64,000 bases of DNA from Squalus acanthias (lineage: Eukaryota): assembly GCA_030390025.1 (NCBI GenBank), contig CM059432.1:114206001-114270000 (forward strand), given 5' to 3'. The translations under genes were made by a program, and so were the position numbers. This document shows positions 13,387 to 25,196 of the stretch, piece by piece (positions within the stretch are counted from its first letter, which is position 1; every line of letters starts with the position of its first letter). The notes below the pieces were generated by a model. The model saw only the letters and a list, made by a program, of their open reading frames with translations, did no database searches and had not been told where the DNA came from.

Positions 13387-14152
13387 GGCCCAAAAATTCG
13401 GCCGTTCTCGGGTGAGTACTCAGTGCGTACTCACCCATATTCATTCCCGAAGTGCCGGTTTCCTGCATGCACTGCGCATGCGCGGGAAACCGGCACTTCC
13501 GGTATGGTGAAGGGGGCGGTTCCTAGGTGAACCGCGTGCGCGGTAGAGGCTGCGCACACGCAGCACACTTAGATTTTTTTTCAGGTTTCAACGCGAGGGT
13601 AAGTATTGAAGATTCTATGCTAGTAAAAAGGAGGCGTAAGACCCTATTTGAACAAGGTAAGTAGTTAATTAAGTATAATTTTAAATTTTTTTCAACAGGT
13701 TTATCTTTTGTAGATACTTTAAAGAAAGGTAAGTTTATTTTTATAACTTTTAAAAAGTATTTTAATTTTTTCACAAATTTAAATTTTTGTTTAAAGTGGT
13801 TAATTTATTTATCTATAGTTATTTTATAAATGTGATGGTTTTTAAAAAAAAAATTATTTGAGGTTTAGCTGTTCTTTTGGGGCCGATTTCAATTCACAGA
13901 TTTGACAGGTCTCCTGTCAAATCTATGAATGAAGGATGGTCTGCTGCCATTGGCTCTCCATGGCCCACGTGATCCCAGGGGTTGCATCGCACTAACTGCG
14001 CCCCTGGGACACGCAAGCACTGCGCGCCGGCTCTTGGGAGAGGCCCGGGACCCGAAGTTCCTGTGGGCCCAAAACACAACGGCAGGCGCGGTGGGTAAGA
14101 GCGTGCGCGATCCTTACCCCCGCGGCAAGCCGGCCACGCGAATTTCTAGGCC
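13387..14152. mobile_element. Harbinger-type MITE family B, copy 1
   Basis: TIRs GGCCCAAAAATT / AATTTCTAGGCC; TSD TAA on both sides; homologous to 40624-41368 and 62373-63134. Confidence 0.9.
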
Positions 14153-14893
14153 TAAATGTTTTTTACAGGGCTAAAAATAAACGTACCTTTTGAAGAGTAT
14201 TTTTAAATGAGTTATCAAATTTCATTTTTCTATTTTTTTTAAACTCTTAAGCTGCTTTTACCCGGCGTAAGAATTTGACAGTCATTCAGCGGGTGGAAGT
14301 TGTGCAAAAAATGCAACTCTCTACCTGCAGAGGCAGTTTTCTTGGGCATGTGGATGATCTGTCAAGAGAATTCTTGACAGATCGCAAGTGCTAGGTTTCA
14401 GCGCATGCGCTTCGCATCTCGTACACATCTCGTTACACATCTCGTACACACCCGTGGGGGTCGGAAAATCCGGCCCTATATTACTGCATCTGAAAATGCT
14501 TTACAAAAAACTTTTTAAAAATCCAACCCTTTATCACCACTCTTCACCTGGCACCCAACACAACCACCACGCAATGCAGTCCCTACAGCTGACAACCAAA
14601 GGTAAGTTTTGGGGGAAAATAACACCTTCTCATGGAGACAGGAGTCGTGATCACCCTCCACCCCACTGCCGTAGGCTGCTCCAAAGCCCCTCCTGGGACT
14701 TGCCTGAGGGCTGGTGCTGGCATTGATGTCTTCGCTTGAGCAAGCTTCTCATGGAGGTGCGACCTGAGTCGGCAGCTCGCCCTGAGTATGCAGATGTGGC
14801 CCGTGGACCGATTTCTAGCGATCCTCGGGCTTCTTGCTTCCGGGGCCCCTGTCCCGTGCTACAAAAAAATTCAGGGACCCCCTGTAACACTGA

Positions 14894-15706
14894 GGGCTGG
14901 ATTTTCATTGACCCGTGGAGGTGGGTTTGGAGGCATGTGGGGGGTTAAAATTGCGAAAAATGGCGGGCGGGCACAAGCCTGCCTCCACGCAATTTTCATT
15001 AAATAGTGTCTGCTGGTCCCGACTCCGTCCCACCTCTAAGAGGCGGGATAGGCTGTTAAGGCCCTTAACAAGCACTAAATTGCCTCTTTCATGCCATTTT
15101 GAAAGGCCTGTGTGATTTTAACCCTTTTTCTACGTGAAGCACGCCTGTTCTGAACCACGAATGTGAAACCTGGCGGGAGCACATCTATCAGGCTGGCTGG
15201 CTGGCTGACATATCTGGATGGATGAGGAGGAGCCATATCTGGATGGATGGATGAGGAGGAGACATATCTGGATGGATGGATAAGGAGGAGACATATCTGG
15301 ATGGATGGATGAGGAGGAGACATATCTGGATGGATGAGGAGGAGACATATCTGGATGGATGAGGAAGAGACATATCTGGATGGATGAGGAAGAGACATAT
15401 CTGGGAGTGGTGGTGCAAAAATATCTGGGAGCAGACTTCGGGCTGCTGCTCATTTTGCATCCAGGTCCTCTCACAGCAAAGGCCAGGCAGTCTTTGCAGA
15501 CCTTCAATGCAGCAGCAATGATGACATCTTCAGAGGCGACTTTCAGACTGAAAACACGAATTGGTTCATGGGTTCCCACATGCTGGAACTCAATTGCCCA
15601 ATTAGGTGAAAATCGCATCAATCTCCCACATCCAATTACAGTCGGGTGGATAACACGAAAAGTGGATGACACGACCCCAACCCGCCCCAATATCAAAATC
15701 CAGCCC
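14894..15706. mobile_element. Non-autonomous Harbinger derivative with an internal minisatellite
   Basis: Perfect 12-bp TIR GGGCTGGATTTT; TSD TGA; 15510-15630 resembles the reverse complement of 3120-3250. Confidence 0.88.
15208..15402. repeat. Minisatellite of about 7.5 units, 25 or 29 bp each
   Basis: Unit ACATATCTGGATGGAT(GGAT)GAGGA(G/A)GAG repeated in tandem. Confidence 0.95.
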
Positions 15707-16151
15707 TGAGTATCTTTTCTGTTTAAAAATTAGTTACACAATTAAGGATATATGTATATATGTTTATTATTATTTTTGTTTTACTTATATAAGAGCAGGA
15801 AGGTGCTTAGGTTTGATCCCTGGCCTAAGCTGAATTACCAGATCTGAGCTAAGGGGGCAGTAACATCATTGATCTTCATGCCCTCAACTCAGGTTTCAAG
15901 AAGTTCGAACTCCCTTTATTTTATTTAAAAGTTAAAAGCAGTGAGTGGGCTGAAGTTAAAAGCAATCAAAAAAAACATACCGTGATAAATCTGTACAAGC
16001 CACTGAACTTGCCCAACCATGTTGCAATAAATGGTGTCCAACAGAACAGTGAGAACTACACATGCACAGTCTGAGACTATTCCAAATCGACTCAATACAC
16101 AGGGGAGCAGGGGAGACTACTGATGGGAAAAACAGACTAATAATCAAAGGA

Positions 16152-16459
16152 TCATAGAAATTTACGGCACAGAAGGAGGCAGCCGAGAAGGAGCTATCCA
16201 GCCTAATCCCACTTTCCAGCTCTTGGTCTGTAGCCTTGTAGGTTACGGCACTTCAAGTGCATATACAAGTACTTTTTAAAATGTGATGAGAGTTTCTGCC
16301 TCTTTCATGCAGTGAGTTCCAGACCCCACCACCCTCTGGGTGAAAAAAGTTCTCCTCAACTCCCCTCTAATCCTTCTACCAATTACTTTAAATCTATGCC
16401 CCCTGGTTGTTGATCTCGCTGCTAAGGGAAGTAGGTACTTCCTGTCCACTCTATCTAGG
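16152..16459 (-). mobile_element. CR1 3' fragment
   Basis: TRGHRFKVIGRRIRGELRRTFFTQRVV plus CR1 tail. Confidence 0.85.
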
Positions 16460-16805
16460 GACAAACCAACTCATGGACACCCTGAAATCTTCCCGCAGAC
16501 CCATAGGGGGCTACGGAACCCCCGGCCTGACCTAATCCATGTGTCCTAGAGCAGCCAATCAACAGGAGGCGTAACAAAGATTAATAAAGTAGGAAAAAAA
16601 TCATGACTTTTCACAGTTGAATCACGAGATCGCGAGTTGGGGTAAATTTTCATTAAAAATCACGTGTGGTATAATTTTTTCCTGACATTTAAACAGAGAA
16701 CTGTATTGCTTCTGATGATAGGAGAAAAAATCCATGCTTTTACACCAGCACAAGACCTTATGTGCACCAGGGTTTGTGGGAGATCAACGCCATTCATTTA
16801 AAAAA

Positions 16806-19800
16806 ATTCATTCATGGGATGTGGGCATCGCTGGCAAGGCCAGCATTTATTGCCCATCCCTAATTACCCTCGAGAAGGTGGTGGTGAGCTGCCTCCTTGA
16901 ACTGCTGCAGTTCGTGAGGTGAAGGTACTCCCACAGTACTGTAAGGTAGAGAGTTCCAGGAATTTGACCCAACGACGATGAAGCAATGGCGATATATTTC
17001 CAAATCAGGATGCTGTGTGACTTTGGAGGAGAACTTGGAGGTGATGGTGTTCCCATGCGCCTGCTGCCCTTCTCCTTCTAGGTGTTAGAGGTCGTGGGTT
17101 TGGGAGGTGAAGCCTTGGCGAGTTTCTGCAGTGCATCTCATAGATGACACACACTGCAGCCACGGTACGCCGGTGGTAGAGGGTGTGACTGTTTAAGGTG
17201 GTGGATGAGATGCCAATCAAGCTTTGTCCTGGATGGTGTCGAGCTTCTTGAGTGTTGTTGGAGCTGCACTCATCCAGGCAAGTGGAGAATATTACATCAT
17301 ATTCCTGACTTGTGCCTTGTAGATGGTGGAAAGGCTTTGGAGAGTTAGGAGGTGAGACACTCGTCGCAGAATACCCAGCCTCTGACCTGCTCTTTTAACC
17401 ACAGTATTTATGTGGTACAGTTAAGTTTCTGGTCAATCGTGACTCCCAGGATGTTGATGGTGGAGGTTTTGGCGATGGTAATGCCGTTGAATGTCAAGGG
17501 GCAGTGGTTAGACGCTCTCTTGTTGGAGATAGTCATTGCCTGACACTTGTGTGGCGTGAATGTTACTTGCCACTTATCAGCCCAAGCCTGAATGTCATCC
17601 AGGTCTTGCTGCATGCGGGCACAGACCACTTCATTATCTGAGACGTTGCGAATGGAACTGAACACTTTGCAATCATCAGCGAACATCCCCACTTCTCACT
17701 TTATAATGGAGGGAAGGTCATTGATGAAGCAGCTGAAGATAGTTGGACCTGGAACACTGCCCTGAGGAACTCTTGCAGTGAGGTCCTGGAGCTGAGATGA
17801 TTGAACTCCAACAACCACAACCATCTTCCTTTGTGCTAGGTATGACTCCAGACAGTGGAGTGTTTTCCCCTCCCGATTCCCATTGACTTCAATTTAACTA
17901 CGGCTCCTTGATGCCACACTTGGTCAAATGCTGCCTTGATGTCAAGGACAGTCACTCTCACCTCACCTCTGGAATTGAGCTCTTTTGTCCATGTTCATAA
18001 CAAGGCTGTAATGAGGTCTGGAGCCGAGTGGTCCTGGCGGAACCCAAACTGAACAGGTTATTGGTGAGTAAGTGCCGCTTGATAGCACTATCCGCGGCAC
18101 GTTCCCTCACTTTGCTGATGATTGAGAGTAGACTGATGGGCCGGTAATTGACCAGATTGGATTTGTCCTGCTTTTTGTGAACAGGACATAACTGGGCAAT
18201 TTTCCACCTTGTCGGGTAGATGCCAGTGTTGTAGCTGTACTGGAACAGCTTGGCTAGAGGTACAGCTAGTTCTGGAGCACAAGTCTTCAGCACGACAACC
18301 TGGATGTTGTCGGGGCCATAGCCTTTGCTGTATCCAGTGCGCTCAGCTGCTTCTTCATATCACGTGGAGTGAATCGAATTGGCTGAAGACTGGCTTCAGT
18401 GATTGTGGGGACCTCAGGAGGAGGCCAAGGTGGATCATCCACTGGACACTTCTGGCTGAAGATGGTTGCGAAAGCTTCAGCCTTGTCTTTTGCACTCACA
18501 AACTGGGCTCTGCCATCATTGAGGATGGGGATGTTCATGGAGCCTCTTCCTCCAATTAGTTGTTTAACTGTCCGCTACCATTCACGACTGGATGTGGCAG
18601 GACTGCAGAGCTTTGATCTGATCTGTTGGTTGTGGGATTACTTAGCTCTGTATATAGCATGCTGTTTCCGCTGCAGCATCATCAGATTGGTACTTCATTT
18701 TAGGTACACCCGGTGCTGCTGCTGGCATGTTCTTCTACAATCCTCATTGAACCAGAGTTGTTCCCCTGGCTTGATGGTAATGGTAGAGTGAAGGATATGC
18801 TGGGCCATGAGGTTACAGATTGTGGTGGAATACAATTCTGCTGCTGTTGATGGCCTACAGCACCTCATTGATGCCCAATTTTGAGCTGCTAGATCTGTTC
18901 TGAATCTATCCCATTTAGCACGGTGGTAGTGCCACACAACACTATGGAGGGTGTCCTTAGTGTGAAGCTGGGACTTCATCTCCACAAGGACTGTGCAGTG
19001 GTCACTTCTACCAATACTGTCATGGACAGATGCATCTGCAACAGGTAAATTGGTGAGAACGAGGTCAAGTAGGTTTTTCCCTTGTGTTGGTTCTCTCACC
19101 ACTTGCCACAGGCCCAGTCTGGCAGCTATATCCTTCAGGACTCGGCCAGCTCGGTTAGTAGTGGTGCTACCGAACCACTCTCGGTGATGGACATTGAAGT
19201 CCCCCACCCAGGGTACATTCTGTGCCCTTGCTACCCTCAGTGCTTCTTCCAAGTGGTGTTCAACATGGACGAGCACTGATTCATCAGCTGAGGGAGGACG
19301 GTAGGTGGTAATTAGCAGGAGGTTTCCTTGGCCATGCTGGACCTGAAGCCATGAGACTTCATGGGGCCCAAAGTCAGTGTTGAGAACTTCCAGGGCCTCT
19401 CCCTCCCGACTGTATACCACTGTGCCGCCACCTCTGGTGGGTCTGTCCTGCCGATGGAACAGGACATACTCAGGGATGGGACGTTGGCTGAAAGGTATGA
19501 TTTTGTGAGTATGACTATGTCAGGCTGTTGCTTGACTAGTCGGAGGGACAGCTCTCCCAGTTTTGGCACTAGATGTTAGTGTGGAGGACTTTGCAGGGTT
19601 GACTGGGCTGGGTCTGCCTTTGTCATGTTGTTGCCTAGGTCGATGCCGGGTGGTCTGTCCGGTTTTATTCTTAGTATACCTCTTTTCAGCGGTTTGGCAC
19701 AACTGAGTGGCTTGCTAGGCCATTTCAGAGGGCAGTTAAGAGTCACACATTGCTGTGGGTCTGGAGTCACAGATAGGCCAGACAAGGTAAGGACGGCAGA

Positions 19801-19871
19801 TTTCCTTCCAACAATCCAATAGTTTTATGGACACTATTACTGATACTAGCTTTTTCATTCCAGATTCATTT
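16806..19871 (-). mobile_element. Compact APE-RT LINE, copy 2 (near full length; keeps the SINE-like 5' body but not the tRNA head)
   Basis: APE motifs (QQPDIVILT, TYRPPS, VGDFNVHH, SDH) and RT motifs (NYRPISLLS, MFADD); 19700-19871 is the reverse complement of 28050-28260. Confidence 0.95.
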
Positions 19872-20294
19872 CTGTGGCGGTCTTCCCAATCATCCATTGT
19901 GTCGTCGGTGGCAAATCCGCAGAAACTCCAGAGAAACAGCGGACACTTGGGATAACTCCCATAAAAACACAACCTCCAAATGTTTGCATATCTACTGCAA
20001 GTCAAGGCACAAAAATTTACAGGGACAGTTTCCTGTGGTTTTCCTATTTGAATTGTTTCTTAGGTATGTGCATGTTGAAGTTGAATATAGAATTGCTAGT
20101 GATCTGCCCTTGCAGATTCTGAAACGGTCTGATCCACTTAATCAAACTGCCTTCTAATCTCTCCGAGGTTTTAGCTTTTCTCTAATTTATTTGTTATTTC
20201 TCTGTACCATGCAACAGAATAAAACAAAATATGAGTGCAGTTTCAATCACATGATATAATGCCACTGCAGTCTGAATGACATCGTAAAATGTAA

Positions 20295-21860
20295 TTGACG
20301 GGGCTTTGGTGAGACCACACCTGGAGTACTGTGCACAGTTTTGGTCCCCTTATCTGAGGAAGGATATACTTGCCTTAGAGGCGCTGCAACAAAGGTTCAC
20401 TAGATTGATTCTTGGGATGAAAGGGTTGTCCAATGAGGAGAGATTGAGTAGATTGGGCCTATATTCTCTCTCTCGAGTTTAGAAGAATGAGAGGTGATCT
20501 CATTGAAACGTATAAAATTCTTAGATGGCTTTATATGGTAGATGCGGAGAGGCTGGCTGGAATTTTGTCCAGGTAGGCGGGTTTGGGGCAGGGGACCTCC
20601 AAGTCGGGTGGGAAACCCGGGAGGCTGGGTTTTCTGCAGGCCCTGCCGATTTTAACGGCAAGGCCTGATTTGCATGTGAGGCCTCGGATTCCCGCCCGCA
20701 GCCAGCCAGATTGAGAAGCGGCGGGTAGGCCTGCAGATGTAGTGAGGGAGCGAGGGGTCAGCGAGGGATTGCGGGGTGGGGGGGCCGTGGGCTGGGGATC
20801 GGCTGGCTCGGGGATTGGCGAAGGGGGGGGTTTGGGGAACGGCTGGCTGGGGGATTGGCAGGGGGAGGATAGGGGAACGGTTGGCTCAGTTTGGGATCGC
20901 CGGGGCGGGGGGGGGAGGTCGGGGTTCGGCGGGTGGGGTTCAGGGATTGGGGGGTCGGCCGAAGGATTGGGGATCGGTGGGGGAGGGGTGTTGGTAGATC
21001 GACGGGGTGGGAGGGGGAAATCGGCCAGGGATTGGGGATCGGGAGGGGAGGGAGAGAGGAGCGGGGCCGGCCACCAGAGGATTGTGGCCGGCCTCAGCAT
21101 CATCGGTGAGGGGGGGAGGCCTCATGGTGGGAATCGGAGGCCTGGGGAGGCGATCAGAGGCCTCGTGGTGGGGTCTCCGATCGCGGGGGTGGGTTAGTCA
21201 GGGACCCTGGATCCAGGAGGTAGTTATAAAGCCACTTAGCTCCTGGATCCACAAGTCCCCGCCTTGCTGTAACTGCCGGGTTTCACGAATTGTGTGAAAC
21301 CCGTCCACATGCAGTTAAAAACAAAATGGAGGTTAAAAAAAGGCTTCCAGCCTCGTTATAATAGTTAAATTGAAGTACCGCCCCCTGGGAGCGGATTGGT
21401 TGCCCAGCCCCGTCCTGCCGCCGTTAAAACAGGACGTGGGCGGGATCAGGTCGGGAATCCCATTTTTAACAATTTAACTGCCCCCATGCTCCAAACCCAC
21501 CCGTTTTTTTAGGGGATAATTCCGGCCGCTGTTTTCCCTGACTGGAGAGTCTAGAAATAGGGATCATTGTCTCAGGAGAAGAGGTCGGCCATTTAGTTCT
21601 GAGATGAGGAGAATTTTCTTCACTCAGAGGGTGGTGAATCTTTGGAATTCTCTACCCCAGAGGGCTGTGGATGCTCAGTCGTTGAGTATATTGAAGACTG
21701 AGATCGATAGATTTTTGGACACTAAAGGAATCAAGGGATATGGAGATCGAGCGGGAAAGTGGAGTTGAGGTCGAAGATCAGCCATGATCTTATTGAATGG
21801 CGGAGCAGGCTCGAGGGGCCGTATGGCCTACTACTGCTCCAATTTCTTATGTTCTTATGT
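20295..21860 (+). mobile_element. CR1 3' fragment split by a MITE
   Basis: LVRPHLEYCAQFWSP..., FFTQRVVNLWNSL and tail TTCTTATGTTCTTATG; continuous across 20554/21528. Confidence 0.9.
20555..21527. mobile_element. Harbinger-type MITE with a G-rich core
   Basis: TIRs GGCTGGAATT / AATTCCGGCC; TSD GCT inside the CR1; subterminal GGCGGG motifs. Confidence 0.85.
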
Positions 21861-22674
21861 ACAATATCACCTCAGTTCAAACTACTTAATTTAGTTACAG
21901 TAATTCGCTGTTTGTTACTGTCTACCATGACAACCATCACTGATAAGAAAAACCTGTATACAACCTCCACCCCCCACCCCCCAAAAAGCAGAGTGTGTGA
22001 GTGTTTTTTGATTGTTGTGCATGCTTCACTTGCTTGGCGATAGCTGTTTGTTCAGTAAATGTACACACGTGAAGTACATTTACCTGTAGTGTGAGTGTGT
22101 GTAAGGTGTTTTTCTATGAAAATCAGTGCACTTTGCTAAAACAGTGTCACTGTAGCCACACCTGCAGCTAGTCAGCAATTTCTATAGTCAACACTGTAGA
22201 AGGATAAGTTGCCTTTTTATCTGGTCTACATGAATGATACTAGTTTGTTATTCTGTAGCAATAGTTTGTGCCCATCATGTTTTGTGGATTATCAAAAGAA
22301 GAACCGGTTGGGAATTGATTCCTTTTAATTTTTTTTTCTTTAAATTGCGTTAGTGTCCATCAGTGGATCTATGGAACATGGGTCTGAAGTATCTGATTCT
22401 GTGTAGATTCTAAGGGAAAACAATTTATCCAAGGCAGTTGTATATCTACTCTGACTCTGCACATCAGATTCAGGTGAATTAAAAAAAAACACCTGCCTAC
22501 ATCCAGATCAGAAAGCAAGTCAAAAACAATGCAGGGACTTATACTTGGAATCATATTAATTAAGAAAAACTTCAAATTGCACTCACTTTGTCCAACAATC
22601 TCTCTGAACGTCATTTGTGATAATGTACAACTCCCAGTATCAGTACCACTTTAAAAACAACAAATCAAGTTATT

Positions 22675-23070
22675 GCAGTGGATTAAATGATTGAGTGGGT
22701 TAACATACTAGCTTTATACTTCTCGGAATTTGGCTCAGGACCGGCCTAAATTGCAGAGTGAGGATCTCATCTCCCTGAACTAAAAGGGTTTTAAAATAAA
22801 TAATATTAGGTCATCTCAGCTCTGTGTACTGTGTGTAGGATCAAAGCATAAAAAAACTGCCTACAATTCCGCACAAATTGGCGTTAAATTAGCTATGTTA
22901 CTCAGAGAGACTACGGTGATGGCTGGTGTGAGAAATGAACCTGTCCCATTGCAATAAGGATCCTTCTGAGCTAATCACATTTTCGGGGCCTTGGCAAAGC
23001 AGAAGGCATTTTACTGATGTGTGCTGTATCCACCTGGGAGAGCTTAATGATGACAAATGCAGAAAACTGT
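22675..23070 (+). mobile_element. Ancient SINE resembling LF-SINE
   Basis: Ordered blocks recalled from the LF-SINE consensus (CTTT..CTTCT, AAAACTGCC..CAATT..GCACAAATTGGC, TCAGAGAG, GTGCTGTA); matched by eye only. Confidence 0.45.
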
Positions 23071-23755
23071 TTGGTAGACCTTCACCTTCACCTTAGTTTT
23101 CTCAAAAAGAATGGCAAAGAATAATATTTTTTCATCGTTTTGATATTTGCTAACATAAAAGGTAATGCTAACATAATTAAAAGTCTTCTATAGGCATATA
23201 AATAGTAAATGGGTAATAAGAAGAGGGGTGGGGCAGATTAGGGACCAAAAAGGAGACCTACGCATGGAGGCAGAGGGTATGGCTGAGGTACTAAATGAGT
23301 ACTTTGCATCTGTCTTCACCAAGGAAGAAGATGCTGCCATAGACATAGTGAAAGAGGAGGTAGAGGAGATACTGAATGGGATAAAAATTGATAAAGAGGA
23401 AGTACTAGAAAGGCTGGCTGTACTTAAAGTAGATAAGTCACCAGGACCAGATGGAATGCATCCTAGGATGCTGAGGGAAGTGAAGGAAGAAATCGAGGAG
23501 GTACTGGCCATAATCTTCCAATCCTCCTTAGAAACGGAGGTGGTGCCAGAGGACAGGAGAATTGCAAATGTTACACCATTGTTCAAAAAAGGGTGTAAAG
23601 ATAAACCCAGCAACTACAGACCAGTCAGTTTAACCTCGGTAATGGGGAAGCATTTAGAAACAATAATCAGGGACAAAATTAACAGTCACTTGGACAAGTC
23701 TGGATTAATTAAGAAAAGCCAGCACGGATTTGTTAAAGGCAAATCGTGTTTAACC

Positions 23756-25196
23756 GGTATATTGATGATTGTATCGGTGCCGTTTCCTGCTCTCGCCCTG
23801 AACTAGAAAATTTAATTCACTTTGCTTCCAATTTCCATCCTTCCCTCACCTTCACATGGTCCATCTCCGACTCTTCCCTTCCCTTCCTCGACTTCTGTGT
23901 CTCCATCTCTGGGGATAGGCTATTGACAAACATTCACTATAAGCCCACTAACTCCCACAGCTACCTGGACTACACTTCCTCCCACCCGGCTTCCTGCAAG
24001 GACTCTACATCATTCTCCCAGTTTCTCCATCTCCGCTGCATCTGCTCTGACGATGCCACCTTCCAAACTAGTGCTTCCGACATGTCTTCCTTTTTCCTCA
24101 ACCAAGGATTCCCCTCTACCATGGTTGACACGGCCCTTGACCGTGTCCGTTCTATTTCCCGCACTTCTGCTCTCACCCCTTCCCCTCCCTCCCGGAACCA
24201 CGATAGGGTTTCCCTTGTCCTCAGCTTTCACTCCACCAGCCTCCACATTCAATGGATCATCCTCCGCCATTTCCGCCACCTCCAGCGTGATCCCACCACC
24301 AAACACATCTTCCCCTCACCTCCCCTTTCAGCATTCCGAAGGGACCGCTCCCTCCGCGACACCCTGGTCCACTCCTCTATCACCCCCAACACTCCTTCCC
24401 CTTCACCCGTCACCTTCCCGTGCAAGCGCAGGAGATGCAACACATGCCCTTTTACCTCCGCCCTTCCCACTGTCCAGGGCCCCAAACACTCCTACCAGGT
24501 GAAACAGTGATTTACTTGTACTTCTTGAAATTTAGTATACTGTATTCGCTGCTCACGATGCGGTCTCCTCTACCTTGGGGAGACCAAACGCAGATTAGGT
24601 GACTCCTTTGCGGAACACCTCCGTTCAGTCCGTAAGGGTGACCCCGAGCTTCAGGTCGCCTATCACTTTAATTCTCCGCTCCACTCCCACTCTGACCTCT
24701 CCGTCCTTGGCCTCTTACACTGTTCCAGTGAAGCTCAACGTAAGCTCGAGGAACAGCACCTCATCTTTCGATTAGGCACTTTACAGCCTTCTGGACTCAA
24801 TATCGAGTTCAACAATTTCAGACCACAAGCTTTGCCCCCATCATTTTTTTTCTCTCTCTCACATGGCAGCTGTTGATTTCCTGCCATTGCCATTTACACT
24901 TCATCTAGAGTCATCTTTTGTTTCTTAACTTGTCCCATTACCATCTCCTTTTGCCTTGCACCATCATCCCTTTTGTCTCTTAATCTCTCCTGCCTTCCAT
25001 CCTATCACAGACCTTCCCTTTTGTTCTTTCCTCCCCTCCCACCTCTCCCTGCCCCTGCACTTGCTTAAAAACCTGTTACATCTCCAACTTTTTCCAGTTC
25101 TGACAAAGGGTCATCGACCTGAAACGTTAACTCTGTTTCTCTCTCCACAGATGCTGCCTGACCTGCTGAGTATTTCCAGCATTTTCTGTCTTTATT
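23756..25196 (+). mobile_element. Penelope-like element family 1, 5'-truncated
   Basis: RYIDD RT motif, LPFLD, YKPTNSHSYL; GIY-YIG region VYCIRCSRCGLLYLGET; 12-bp TSD TCGTGTTTAACC at 23744-23755 and 25197-25208. Confidence 0.93.
25095..25135 (+). ncRNA. Minimal type I hammerhead ribozyme motif (G8 to A variant)
   Basis: AGTT-CTGACAA-AGGGTC-ATC-GACCT-GAAA-CGTT-AACT: stem I AGTT/AACT, stem II GGTC/GACC, palindromic ACGT stem III. Confidence 0.75.

Larger units (their letters stand above)
11522..14476. mobile_element. Harbinger-type MITE family A, interrupted by a CR1 and by a family B MITE
   Basis: TIRs GGCCCTAAATTTCCGA / TCGGAAAATCCGGCCC; TSD TAT; after removing the inserts it matches 32190-32938. 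Confidence 0.85.

Noticed and set aside
15208..15402. CRISPR-like array or repeat-protein ORF (15130-15696)
   Set aside because: Tandem units with no unique spacers, in a eukaryotic context; the ORFs are by-products of the repeat
16795..16810. Encoded Pol III terminator at the LINE 3' end (GAATTTT in copies 2 and 4)
   Set aside because: Copies 1 and 3 end in A-rich tails; the T runs may be flank sequence or decayed tail
20531..21297. Pro-rich and Gly-rich ORFs
   Set aside because: Artefacts of the G-skewed low-complexity MITE core
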